DNA of 63,776 bases, the filler included, from Craspedostauros australis (taxonomy: Eukaryota), in assembly GCA_030167865.1 (NCBI GenBank). It is 9 parts of 9 records of this genome, joined end to end, with 100 filler letters (N's around TTAATTAATTAA, not from the genome) between each part and the next. Parts side by side here need not be neighbours in the genome. Positions count along the whole stretch, not along the records: positions 37,130 to 49,398 come from JALAGF010004947.1; positions 49,499 to 54,407 come from JALAGF010004948.1; positions 54,508 to 61,698 come from JALAGF010004950.1; 6 more parts are not named here. One strand, written 5' to 3'. This document shows positions 48,415 to 61,798 of the stretch, one piece after another. The number at the start of each line of letters is the position of its first letter. The first letter of the stretch is position 1. Under the pieces are notes generated by a model. It was not told where the DNA came from, made no database searches, and saw only the letters and a list, made by a program, of their open reading frames with translations. Made by a program: the position numbers and the translations under genes.

Positions 48415-50511
48415 GGCCATTGCGCTCACGATCACTACCACACCCGGAGAAAATTAACAATAGTAGGAACTCAACACTCTGCATGTAATTAACTATCAAT
48501 CATCTTCAATGTATTTGGTTTCAGATATGATTGCTGGTTCTTGTTGTGTGTGTGCTGTGGTGTCCGTCTCTGTGCAGATCTGGGCGCGCGATGCACCACA
48601 CTCACTTGGCAAACCGATAGCACGAGTTGTACAGTTTTTAGATCTCCAGCGTGGGATTAGTCGTGTTGCGTAGCCCAGTCTGGAGCAAAATTGCAATCCA
48701 TCCCAAAAACGCTTATGATGCTATATCGCAACACCACATCATCTACAATTAAAACTAAGTGTACCATGTGAACAACTCGTTGGTTGCGAATAAGAATATT
48801 GGACTTAAATTGAAATTGACTTCAAATTTAACATCATTTTGTTGCCAACGTGCGATTGTGTGTGGCGCAAAATTCTGGATGGGACCATGCTGCCGTTGCT
48901 TTGCCATCCAAGACGATGCCCATGAATGTCTCATTTCGTTCACTTGCACACCTCATTGTCTCCATATACCCCATTTGTATCCATCCCTGGCAAGCATGCA
49001 CCAGTGTATCTCCCTTCAATCCGCATTGTCAGCTCACTGCTGAAAACCAACACCTTGACAATGAGGGTCGATCTTCACACAGCCGCTTCATCCGACCATA
49101 CCTCCTGTTCACAACCATCTATGTTCCTCCTCCCCCAAGCATCATACCTCGATCCCTGATTCATTGAGGGCATGTTGATGCATCCTCCAATGCCTCAGGA
49201 TGTATCTCTGCATTTCAATTCATCCCGATGCTGGTACCATGGCCAGCTTTCTTTGTCTCGGAAATGCGACTGCCACATTTTCTTGATTTCCACCTCTCCC
49301 ACTCAATCGAACCAATCCCCACTTCTCCACCCCATTCCCGACTTGATGATGAAGACATCTTATATGGGTCGTTTGGCAATGTGATGGATGTTCACATGNN
49401 NNNNNNNNNNNNNNNNNNNNNNNNNNNNNNNNNNNNNNNNNNTTAATTAATTAANNNNNNNNNNNNNNNNNNNNNNNNNNNNNNNNNNNNNNNNNNNNAA
49501 GAAGCACATCACTCCAATGCAGCGAGGAGATGGACATGATTCGCGAGGAACTCCGGCTTGCCAAACTCAAGCGCAACTACCACGATCTGCGCCTTCAGGA
49601 ACTCAATCTGAAGCTTCAGGTTGCTGAGGCGAAGAAAGAAATGGAGGAAGCGCATCACAATCGCTCGGAATGAAGGCATTGGGTGTCCAACTTTCACATG
49701 CGTGGATGGATGGAGAGGTGGAGCAATGGGGAAATCGGAGAAGGGGTGTGTATGCAGGATCCGATCGGTGGTGCCACTTTCAGGTGGGGTGGACATTCTG
49801 AAGAATATTTGAAGAATGTAATACAATAGAACAGATCACAGTTTGCACGGGCATGCGACCTTCTCTCTCCCATTAAGACTTCTGGATATGATCGTGCACT
49901 AGCTTACGAATGGTGTTTCGTGAATGCTTGTCGAGTTTGCGATAGTCGGAGCAGGTAGATACCACCCTCTCCACAAACGCAGATCGCAGAATACACGTAC
50001 ACGCCATAGGATGGTGCGAGTGAATGGCGCAATTCAAACGACGAACAAAGAAACAGAAACCTTGACCACTCTCAACGCAGTTTTGGTCCGTTGAGTCGAA
50101 CCTCCTTTTCCGTCCACGCAATGCGCGTGTACGCACGAAGGAGGCAAGTTCGCGAAATTGATCTGCATCAAATCATCAGAAACCAATGCGGATTCAAATC
50201 TCCATCAATGAGAAGTGCCATGCACATCGGCACCAAGTCACTTCAAGACCGCTGCTCGATGTCCATCGTCAATCATAACGGACACAGCAACAGCAGCAGA
50301 AGAAGCAACAGAGAGGCATCACACACCAATCGCCGCGTTGATCTTCCAACTTCACCTGCCCAGAAGACCGACGTTCAAACTTGTTTTCTTCTGTTTCGTC
50401 TTCATCGCTCGCAACTGCATCCACGAAACAAGAGCCAGTGCCATCGTCGAACATAGAACAACGTATGCCATCAAAGAAGACACTCAAACAGTACAAATCC
50501 ACTCCTTCACG

Positions 50512-51753
50512 ATGCCGCCTCTTGGCTGGACTCCAACGAAAGCGAGGTTTCTTTGCCTCGCCTTTTTGGAAGTAAATAAGAAACCACTCAAGCGTGGGGA
50601 ACGACCTTGGCCTCTCATCCTGAAGATGTTCAACCAGAGCATCGACCAATACAACCAAGAATTGGATGGAAAGCTCGCAAGCGGAGGCGTCACCAACGAT
50701 GATGAAGCAGCATCTAATGTCCACATACCGCTACACTCAAACCAATACAGTCTCGGAGCCTTCTTCAACAGAATCCGGCGCCCTGTCCTCCAACTTCGAG
50801 AACATCGCCCATCGACTCTGCACATGTCGCAAGAAGCCGACGTGCGATGGATTGCAGATTGGTACCAGTCACACAAGACGGAAGGCGAAAACTGTTCTCT
50901 CAGCGTCGAGATACTCGCGGCTTGTTGGAAGGTGCTGAAAGATGCTCCCCAGCTTGCGGAGAGATCGTCGCAAGCCACGATCTCTCCCGAATCCAGCCCG
51001 CGACCATCACCGAGACCTTCACTCACCTCCGCAAAGACCGACATGGAGTTCCCCACAAGTGCACCCGGCTGTCACGACGATCAATGCTCCGACGATAGTG
51101 ACCAAGAGAGTGAAGACGAAACCGAAGATGAGAGCGGCAATGGGAGCGACGACGGGAGCGGCGATGAAAAAGAACAAGATGACGGGAGCACCCCCATTCC
51201 ACCAAATGATGACGGCAACAACGGTAGCGACGGGAACGATGGCGCTATCGATCGTGACCGCGGAGACGATGAAAAGGAACAGAAACATCTCGGGTTTCGC
51301 CATACGAGGATCCGCATCCGATCAAAGAAGCGGAAGCGGAGAACCCAGTCAACTAGCAATGAGACAAGATCCGCTCACAGCCATAGTGCGACCAATGATG
51401 ATGATATCGCTGGCGATATTGTGGTTGCGGACGAAGTCACATCGTTCAATGATATCAGTGCTGGTGGAACTCGCCGCGCTCCTTCTCTTCCAGATCATCG
51501 TCCGAGTCCTCATTCTCGTGGTTCCAACAGCATCAACAGCATCAACAGCACTAACACCAATCCACAACACGACAGGTCATCGTCTCAGCACAAGCGGAAG
51601 ACAAAGAAGATTAAAATGCTTGAGCACAAGCTCCGGGTGGCGAAACTCGAGCGGATATGCCAGGATATTCGCGTTCGGCAACTAGATCTCAAGATGCAGC
51701 TGGCGAAGGCGAAGCAACGACTGGAAGAGGCACGTGGACATCCACCCATGTGA
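50512..51753 (+). CDS. Hypothetical nuclear protein: Myb/SANT-like N-terminus, acidic region, NLS-like stretch, C-terminal coiled coil
   Basis: GWTPTKARFLCLAFLEV…W at the N-terminus, a D/E-rich middle, KKRKRR, and a heptad-rich C-terminus. Confidence 0.55.
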   Translation: MPPLGWTPTKARFLCLAFLEVNKKPLKRGERPWPLILKMFNQSIDQYNQELDGKLASGGVTNDDEAASNVHIPLHSNQYSLGAFFNRIRRPVLQLREHRPSTLHMSQEADVRWIADWYQSHKTEGENCSLSVEILAACWKVLKDAPQLAERSSQATISPESSPRPSPRPSLTSAKTDMEFPTSAPGCHDDQCSDDSDQESEDETEDESGNGSDDGSGDEKEQDDGSTPIPPNDDGNNGSDGNDGAIDRDRGDDEKEQKHLGFRHTRIRIRSKKRKRRTQSTSNETRSAHSHSATNDDDIAGDIVVADEVTSFNDISAGGTRRAPSLPDHRPSPHSRGSNSINSINSTNTNPQHDRSSSQHKRKTKKIKMLEHKLRVAKLERICQDIRVRQLDLKMQLAKAKQRLEEARGHPPM

Positions 51754-52055
51754 AGGTGGAGGGTCCAATGGATTGAGGTTGAATGGGTCGCTCAGCAAGC
51801 CTGTGATCATCAACTGTCATAATGGGAGCGAAACGATCTTGTCCAGTTGTGCAGGTCACAACTGTCCGCTGTAGTCGTTTCTTTTGTGGTGTAGAATACA
51901 TAGCGCTACTCAATAGAATATGTAATTACCATCCGCGGTCTGACTGCGAATATTCTCCCTCCGATAACTAACTCGAGTCCTCTTGTCATCATCTCAAATC
52001 CGTCATGCGTCCGCTTCTTGAAAACTTCTGGTATGGCATGGTCTGGTGTGGCGCT

Positions 52056-52467
52056 TCACTCCTCTTCTCCAGCAGCACCGTCCGTCTCAATCATTTGGGA
52101 TGATTTGGTAGTCATAGAGCGGACGAAGTCCACCAATGTCACCCAATCCATGTATGAATCCACTTGCGCGATCCCCTCGTCTTCACCCACAACCTTGTAC
52201 AGCTCCATCATGGACATACAACTGTACTCATCATCAATACCATCACTCTCCGCTCCCCCATTGCGGAGGATATGAATGCCTCCCATCAGTTGAGGTTGTA
52301 GAATTAGTTTGCTTAAATATAGATGAGTGAACATATCTTTCTCACTTTCAGCTGCCACTCTCATTGCTGCATCCTTCAACACCACACAGTTGTGTTGATC
52401 AGCGAATATCAACGCATCTATCGTGGTGTCCTCTGTGAGATGCTTGCGGGCCAACTCTGCTTCCAGA
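52056..52467 (-). pseudogene. 3' part of a BTB/POZ (SPOP-like) gene, separated from its 5' part by a LINE insertion
   Basis: LEAELARKHL….IDALIFADQHNCVVLKDAAM matches the post-BTB (BACK-like) helices. The sequence begins immediately after the LINE (TTA)n tail. Confidence 0.65.
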
Positions 52468-54407
52468 ACAATAATAATAACTCAGTGATTACATCAGAGA
52501 TGTGCCATAAGGCTTTACCCTCGCCGTCGCCTGCCCCGTAGGACCTAGCTTCGAGCGAGCTGTCGAGATTATACTCAATCCAGGCCTAGCCACGTTGCCA
52601 TGGCCTGTCGTTCCGCTTGCATGGAGCGAGACCGTCGTCGGGCTTTGACTGCGGCCTGTACTGCCGTCATCGAATGCACCCATTGTCGCATTTGGGTTTC
52701 GGTGCCGTACTCGATGTTGCGTCCGTCTCGTAAGAGCTGCAGTTCTGACGCTGTCATGTCTTGGCTGGCACTCTGGGTTATCCGGCGCACCTGCCTGCGC
52801 AATTCCTGCGTAGTTGGGTGCTGATCCCCGTCGTGCACTTTCGCATTTCTCGCCGTCCATATCGTCCAAGGTACTTTCCAGATCCACCGGATTACCTCTC
52901 CTGCCCATGCCCTAGCGTCCGGGAAAAAGCACTCGTGCGTCGTCATCCACTGCCTCTGCGTCCGTACCCAATCCTTGTGTAGGAAGCCTGCTAGCAGAGG
53001 ATACCAACCTATCGCGCTCTGAGGTCCATCCGTTCTCAACTTCCGTCTCCACCGCACTAGCCCCACTCGCATGTTCTGGACCAGTCGCGGGGCCGTACCA
53101 ATTCTCACCATGGTAGCGATCAGATCGGCCGTGGAGTCCTGCCAAGCTTCCTGGTGTTCCGGGCACTGCAGCACGTGTTCCGTCGTTTCCTCGTGGGGAC
53201 AGAATTGGCACTTCGCCGTGGGTCGCTGTCCCATCTGATGCAATTTCTTGTTGACACCGATGAAACCCGAGGACCACTTGGACATGAAGGTGACCATCGT
53301 CTTGCTCTTTTTGGCCGACCTCGTTGACCTGTACGTATGCCAGTCCACCGCTGCGGCCTGTTCGTCCTCCCACTGAAACTTCGATGACCAATAAGTGGCA
53401 GCTTCCGCCGCCTGTAGTATCTCGTTCAATGCGTGCTTGTCCACATGCGAGGCATCCGTGTCTCGGAGACGTAAACGCCACCTGTCAGTGCTCGTGCTCC
53501 ATCTTTTCACCATTCGGCGTTGTGCTGTCTCAACCCAAAACCGCTTAGCATTGTCGTCGACAATCACATTGAGCCGCTCCAGGGTGGTCAGCGTCTTCCC
53601 AGTATCATCCTGGTGACCTTTGACCCATTCCCATTTTAGGGTGGCCCGAATCTGGCGCCGAAGCTTCCGAATCTCGGTGAGCACGTCCCAGTCTCGTTGG
53701 TGTGGGCGGAGCTCGTCCTCCTGCGCTCGTTGCATGGCCTGTTTACCGTCCAAGGCCAGCGTAATCACGCAGTCCTCGTCCAGCCCTGGCATCCTGGATA
53801 TGACTGCCAGAGACGCCCATACACCTGCCAGTTCGCTTCTGTAGGCGCTTTGTACTTCTCTGGGTCCTGGAACAAAGGTGTTGCAGCTCATGCTGGCGTT
53901 GGACTCGGCGTCAAACAGTATCGATGACGAAGTCCCTCGGAAATCCTTGAACGAACCGTCACTCACCACCAGTAGCTTTCCACGTCTGGCCGCCCTTACT
54001 GCGTCATGAGGCTGTAGGTCCCCCTGCAGCTGCTCGACCGGGTTGTAGCCTTCCGAGGGCTCGTCGCTCGGCTCAGCCAGGCCCACGTGGCCATCCCACT
54101 CGATTCCCGTTTCAATCATCGTGACAGACACGCGCTTGGCCCCCGTTGGGAGCACCTCGACGTGTCCAGCCCTAGTGAATCGCTGTCGACGGGTCCGGCT
54201 GGTGAGACGCTGCCTGTATCGCTGGATTGGACGAGTAGCCATGTCAAAGATCACATCTGTGTACGGTAGCTTCCACCACCGCCAGGTCCTATCATCGCTG
54301 TGCCACCTGCCCAGGGGTTGGTGGAGCGTCAAGCCTCGGAAGCACATGAATTTGCACCACCGCTGCCATTCCTTCCACCAGCCGCTCGGGAGGCGGTCAG
54401 GTTGGCT
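52468..54407 (-). mobile_element. Non-LTR retrotransposon 3' part (RNase H + CCHC, Ambal-like), ORF stop at 52575, short (TTA)n tail
   Basis: Motifs VSDGSFK, SAYRSELAG, WVKGHQD and CQFC..EETTEHVLQC. It is homologous to the 37380-42435 element. Confidence 0.9.
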
Positions 54408-54507
54408 NNNNNNNNNNNNNNNNNNNNNNNNNNNNNNNNNNNNNNNNNNNNTTAATTAATTAANNNNNNNNNNNNNNNNNNNNNNNNNNNNNNNNNNNNN
54501 NNNNNNN

Positions 54508-55830
54508 ATGTTGATCAGCTGGGGTGCCAGAAGCGTTGATCGTGCAGCATACAGCCAAGCACGCGATGGTGACCACCTACTGATTCCTTTCAAGTGCGAT
54601 TATTGCATATTTGTCAAGCTGAAGCACAGACAACCCATCACACTCAATGCTGTTGACAAACAGGTTATGGGTGCCATCTGGAGAGTCAATCTGGATGCTT
54701 TCTGGAGTCGAGCCTCCACCACCGTCAAGGCAAACGCCAGCAGAGCCAAACAGATGATTAAGGCAGCACAAGAACTCGGTCTGGAGGGACCATTCAAAGC
54801 CAAAGGTCTGCTACCCGCATACAACCATTGCAGTTATCAAGTGGCCATTCTAATGGTACTCGCGTTGCTGAAACCGGGACGATACTCCAAAACTCACATC
54901 CAGTACGACACTATCCGCAAATTGCGTGCCACCTACTCCAACCAAGTTCGCGCGTCGGCTGCCTCCACACAACAATCATTGAGCATGGGCAATCAGAATG
55001 ATAAGTACCAACGGATCGCTCATGACCCATGCGGCTCCTTCTGGTTCTCCAGGTTCAACGAGGGCTGTTGACACCGAATGGGACAGGACTGGAGACCCAA
55101 CAAAGGCTTCTCCACAGCACTCGTATTGGCAATCTTGGACATGGCACAACAACGATTCCATGAATGTGAACACAACGACCCCAGAACAACATTGATGGGC
55201 TGCTTTTGTGACCTGTGCTATGTTATCCTACACCATATCTCTTTGGGGTTCTGAGGCACAGATGTTGGACCCCAGGGCCACCATCAAGGAACAATCATGC
55301 CAAAAGCCAGACGACCATATCACCATTGTACTACTACAAGGCAAATTCAAAGGCAAACATCAGTCATACAAACATATCATCCCTCTATCCAAGCGAACCA
55401 AATCGGGTATCAACGTCCAAGGCATCATCAACACACCCCTGAGTGTGAAGCAGAAGTTGCAACAATATCACGGTCCCGCAATTTCATTGAAACAAGGTAC
55501 CCTCTACACTCTGAAAGATCTTGATGATGCACTCCATGACGTCTTGGAGGGTATATGGGAGACCAACCAAGGTTTTTTTCCCTCCTGACATCACCAATGC
55601 ATCCAAGCTACGCGAAAGCTATCACTGTTTCCGATCTTTCAGGCGAGCCTCGGACACATGCGCTCTGGAGCAAAAGGTGAGCAAAAAGTGACACCAAACT
55701 GGTCAATTGTTGGGAGAAACCAGGACCAGGAGGAGGACGGAGAAACAAAACCGACATGCAATTCCACTATGCCCAATTCGATCTGCTTGTCCAACCGTTT
55801 CTATGCTACACCGCTGCCATATGGCAGGCG
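54508..55830 (+). pseudogene. Tyrosine-recombinase relic (YR retroelement/Crypton-like), multiple stops and frameshifts
   Basis: Motifs GDHL..PF.CD.C and NLDAFWSR; SLWGSE (decayed LRG.E); GKFKG; YHCFRSFRRAS (box II-like). Confidence 0.7.
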
Positions 55831-56148
55831 GTACTATTGGGGGAATCAAGAAGTGCCCAAAAACAGTTTGGAATGGGTCATCGATATCCAGTGCAAACTG
55901 GTGGACTGATTTGATGTTGGAAGGCAGAAGCCACACTTGTGATAGCATTCGCTACATGAGGGCCAACACCCATACACCAAATCATAGTCTGTGCATGACA
56001 TCAAATCAATACTTAACGAGCATGGATTGACATGGTTGTACATGCAAGCATGCTCAACAACCATCCCAATAGCACTCATTTGACACTGTGATGAACACTA
56101 CTACTCAAACCTGCATTCCTTGTTGTACCCTTCTCTTCTTACGAACAA

Positions 56149-56911
56149 TGACAGACAGCGTTCAACTCAAAGGCCATGATTGCTGCACCTCCCAAGATTA
56201 TTTGTCACATGTTGGGAGACTATTCATCACACCTTTGGACATTATTCATCACATGATTGTCCACTATCCACCACACATTCGAGTCCTACTCGTCACACTG
56301 GTGAACCAGGAAAAACAGCCCGTCCTCATGAATCAAGAACAACCATGATGACGCTCGACAGGATGTCCTGACGCTAACCCAAACAAGACGACGGCACAAA
56401 CAAAGACGTCAGCAGGGCAGTGGACAAGAGCTTCATTCCATCTGGGGGGACAGCATGCGCCCCCCCCTACGGACAAAAACAACTGCAGGTTTGGCACTTC
56501 AGAAAGGGTCAGAATGACCGCAGGTTTGGGACATCACTGAGGGTGACAGCAAGTGTAAACAAGTGGAAACGAGATGTCACGAGGTCGAGAGCCGAAATAT
56601 ATGACAAGATAGCATGCAGGACTGTGGACCCCTACCACACATATGTAGAAGGGTACGAGTGTGCAGATGCGGACAATGAAGCATCAGGATGAGGGCATGA
56701 TAGAAGGTGCAGGAGGATGCATGAGCAAGACACATCAAATATGTTCAGGAATACAACAAAGCCTCGCTATGGCACCACAGAGAACGCCAACAATGAAATT
56801 GAAATTGAAATCGAAAGAGAGAGTGAGAGTGAGGATGTGCTCACAGTTCTAAAACGGTATGATCTAAAAACAGCTTAGATTCATGCTGACTATAACCCTT
56901 GATTTCCAACA
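56149..56911. mobile_element. Diverged copy (D) of the A/B solo-LTR-like family
   Basis: It shares ATTGC.GCACCTCCCA near the left end, CTCACAGTTCTAAAACGGTA, and the terminal ATAACCC..GATTTCCAACA. No TSD is visible. Confidence 0.65.
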
Positions 56912-57409
56912 ACTGTCAAGTAGGTAACCCATTGGTCGTACCAAGCTCACACACTACTCACACATGACTCACACATGACTCACACATGGCTCACAAATGG
57001 CTCACACACAGCTCACATACAGCTCACACATAATGGTTCACGCTGTGGATAATCCAAAATGCAAGGCACAGCCATTTCCATCACCCACCACATAATTCAC
57101 ACTGAGATGTGTGCAGTCACAGCCCATGCACACACTCCAACCACCTTGCACACTGACAACATGGTTGACAATGGTCGACACACAGTTCTGCAAGCTATAT
57201 ACGACTCACTCTAACCCTATGCATTGTACAGGAATGGCCATCACTCAACCCACAACAACAACTGGCCAATCTCGACCCCCAGCACATGCACACACTCCAA
57301 ACACTGCACACACTGTCCAAATGGTTGACACATGGTTGGAACATAGCTCACTCATGATGTTGCAAGCCAAACACAACTCATACACCCATAATGCAATAAA
57401 CATCAATTG

Positions 57410-60360
57410 CCATCATTAACGGCACAACACACATTGGCCGATATCTATTCTTATACCCCACCCCCAACCACGCAACTAACTCCTAAAAGTATTGCCCAAC
57501 CAAACCCTTGATACCAATTCATCGCACATTAACCCTTGATACAAATTCATCAGCCATTCACCCTTGCCACAAGTTCAACATGCTGGAACCCTTACCATCA
57601 CTCACGGCACAACACACATTGGCTGATATCCATTCCTATACCCCACCCCCAACCACGCAACTAACTGCTGCAAGTATTGCCCAAACTAACCCTTGATACC
57701 AATTCATCGCACATTAACCCTTGATACCAATTCATCGCACATTAACCCTTGATACAAATTCATCACCCATTAACCCTTGCTACAAGTTCATAAAGCCCCA
57801 ACCCTTTTCATCACTCACGGCACAACACACATTGGCTGATATCTATTCCTATACCCCACCCCCAACCACGCATACCCTAGCTAACTCCTAAAAGTATTGC
57901 CCAACCTAACCCTAAACCGATACCAATTCATCACACATTAACACTCTAACAAATTCATCACATACTAACCCTTGATACAAATTCATAACACCCTGACCCT
58001 TGCCATCACTCACAGCACAACACACATTGGCTGATATCCATTCCTATACCCCACCCCCAACCACGCAACTAACTCCTAAAAGTATTGCCCAAACTAACCC
58101 TTGATACCAATTCATCATCGATTAACACCCTAGCCCTTGATACAAATTCATCACACAGCAACACCCTAGCCCTTGATACAAATCCAACACACATTAACAC
58201 CCTAGCCCTTGATACAAATTAGTCACACAGCAACACCCTAGCCCTTGATACAAATTCATAACACCCTGACCCTTACCATCACTCACAGCACAACAAAAAC
58301 TAGCTGATATCCATTCCTATACCCCACCCCCAACCATGCATACCCTAGCTAACTCCTAAAAGTATTGCCCAACCTAACCCTTGATACAAATTCATCACAC
58401 ATACACACACATACACGTGCTCACACACACACACTCACACTCACTCACACACCCAAAATGGAATGCACAGCAACTGCCATCACTCACTGCACAGCACCCA
58501 CTTGCAGTCACTTCCAGCTTCTCTCTCAACACCTCTGATTGCAGTAGTCACACATCCAACAACGCCAGGAGGCGCCCCACACCACATATGACATGGCAGA
58601 AGCATGGCGCATGTGGTTGGCAACTCCATGATGCTCGTTGCCACACTCAAAGATGGATCATGATGGATGATGGATGATGGATGATGGATGATGGATCACA
58701 ATATCTCACACATGCAGACACTTCCGGCCCCTCTCACAACACCATCAGCTGTGATACTTGCACATCTCACAACGCCCACACACGCCCCATGGAACGTACA
58801 ATGCACAATACACCACATCCATATCACATCTGGTCAGAAACGACATGATGCTCGTTGTCACTGTAACAGTAACACTCAAAGATGAACCAAGATGGCTCAC
58901 AAAATCACATGCTTGCAGATACAATACTAACCCTAACCCTAACGGCTAACCCTAACTCTCACAACACGATCAACTGCACTAATCGCACATCCAACATCAC
59001 TCGCACATGTTTGATGGCACGCATGACATGGTACATCCGTATCACATGCGGTCGGCAACTCAAAGATACTTGTTGTTGCCTTCACACTCACATGTGGATC
59101 ATGGTGGAGCACAATTTCACACACATGCTGTCATTTCCAGTCCCTCTGCAAACACCATCTAATGCAGTGCATCACATATTCAACATTGTATGCACACGCT
59201 CCATAGCTATAGCACGTACAGCGTACAGCGTACAACGTACAATACACCACCTCCATGTCACACGTGGCTGGCAACTCCACAATGTTCGGTGTCACAGTCA
59301 CACTCAAAAGATGGACCATGATGGATCACACAATCTTGAATTATGCAGATGCTTCTGGCCACTCTCACAACACCATCAACTGCGATACTCGCGCACCCCA
59401 CAACGCTCACACACGCACCATGGCACATACAATACACCATACACAATACATCACATCCGTATCATATGTGGCTGGCAACTCCAGGATCTTCAGTTTTGCA
59501 CACAAACCTGGACCATGATGCATGATGGATCAGAATAATATCTCACACTTGCACACATTTCCAGCTAACCCTAACTCTCTCACCACCACCAATTGCGGTA
59601 ATGGCACAACCAACAACGCTCACACATGCCCCAAAACACTCATGACACGATACAAGCGTAGCACATGCGGCCAGCAACTCCAAGATGCTCATTGTTACTG
59701 TCACAGTAACACTCAAAGATGGACCATGGTGGATCATGTTGGATCACAATAATATCTCACAATTGCAGTCACTTCCAGCCCATGTCTCAACACCATCAAC
59801 AGCAATATACTTTACACATCCAACAATGGCCGCACTCGCCCATACCATGCATGACATCGACCAAGTGTATCACATGCGGCCAGCCACCCCAACGTGCTCA
59901 TTGTCACACTCAAAGATGGATCATGATGGATCGTGTTGGATCACAATAATATCTCACAATTGCAGTCACTTCTGGCCCATATCTCAACACCTCCAACTGC
60001 AGTAATCACACATCCAACAACGCTCATACACACTCCAAAGCTACCTTGACATGGACCAAGTGTATCACATGCGGTCAGATACTCCATGATGCTAGTTGTC
60101 ACACTCCAAAGTGGACCGTGATGGAGCAAAATAATATCTCACACTTGCACACATTTCCAGATACTCTCTCACCACTGCCAATTGCGGTAATCACACATCC
60201 AACAACGTTCATACACGTCGCGTAGCATGCATGACATGATACACGCGTGGCACATGCAGCCGGCAACTTCATGATTTTCATTATCAGACTCAAAGATGGA
60301 CCATAATGCATAATGGATCACAATGTTTCACACTTGCAGTCACTTGCAGCTCCTCACTCA
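57410..60360. repeat. Complex degenerate satellite (about 190-300-bp units), CpG-poor, with CCCTAA-like motifs
   Basis: TATACCCCACCCCCAACCA recurs five times in 57450-58340. CAAAGATGGA.CATG…GGATCACAATA recurs in 58590-60330. CTAACCCTAAC occurs near 57905, 58930-58955 and 59565. Confidence 0.85.
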
Positions 60361-61009
60361 CTGGCCAACACGCACACACAGACGGTGCACACAGTGCACA
60401 CACACTGATCACGCAGTTCCCTACAAGCTTGAATGGCCAAATCACAACACGCTGCCCTACAGTGCCCATACACTGCCCATACACTGCTCACAACAAGGAA
60501 ATGCACGAAAACCCAAGATACAGCATCACTAATAACCCCTAACCCTCCATACACGAGTAGCAAAGACACACAAGACACAAAAGACACACAAGGCACACAA
60601 GGCATGCACAGAGACAAGGCCATGGCACAACATGTCACCAACTGCTCACTACACACCCATGTATGATAACCCAAAGTACAATAAAACCAGGGCAATTTCC
60701 AGCACCCATCATACACTAAGACACTGCTCACTACAGGCCAAAGCACGATAATCCAGGACACAAAAGCATCACCCTAACAATTGACAGCACCAATCATACA
60801 TCAAGACGCAGCTCACTACACCACAATGCACAACAACCCAAAAAGAATGTTGCTCATAGCCCCCAACACACTGGCAGCAAAAACACGCACACACAAGCGC
60901 CCGAACAATGCCCACAAAGCCAAAACTTGATCACACAACATGCCAATGCACGATAACCCACAATACAAGGACGATACTACACCCTAAGACACACATGAGC
61001 AGCAATGGC

Positions 61010-61262
61010 ACGCACTCACCCTTGCACTCACCCTCGCACTCGCACTCACCCTCACCCTTGCACTCACCCTCACCCTCACACTCACACTCACCCTCACCCT
61101 CACCCTCACCCTCGCACTCACACCCACACCCACACTCACACTCACACTCACACCCACACCCACACCCACACTCACACTCACACTCACACCCACACCCACA
61201 CCCACACTCACACTCACACTCACACTCACACCCACACTCACACTCACACTCACACTCACACT
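61010..61262. repeat. Hexamer microsatellite (CACACT/CACCCT/CACACC)n
   Basis: Directly visible. Confidence 0.95.
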
Positions 61263-61798
61263 GACACAGCAAACAACGCACAACGACTGTACACACACTA
61301 CACAACACAGACTACACACTCACATTCACAACGCACAACAAACGACGTACAGACCAATGACTGTACACACACTACACAACACCCAAACGGACAAAGGGCA
61401 GACCAATTATCCACACTACAATACACTACGGACAACGCACGGACGCTAATGTACCACCCAATTCACCATTTCCCGCAACTCCCAAATGTACCACCCAATG
61501 CCCATTTCCCACACCTCCCAAAATACCCCTAATCAACCCAAAATAGTGACAAACTTCAACACCCCACAGCTCGCTCAATATCCACCCATTGACAAAAGCG
61601 AGCGTCACTACAGGTGCCCAAGAGCCCGCTCCAAACCACCAACCACCAAAAAGCCAAAAATAAAAACGAATTATTGTTCAGGTTCCGGCTTTTATAAANN
61701 NNNNNNNNNNNNNNNNNNNNNNNNNNNNNNNNNNNNNNNNNNTTAATTAATTAANNNNNNNNNNNNNNNNNNNNNNNNNNNNNNNNNNNNNNNNNNNN

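Noticed and set aside
60908..61532. His/Thr- or Cys/Glu-repeat ORFs
   Set aside because: They are translations of a hexamer microsatellite.
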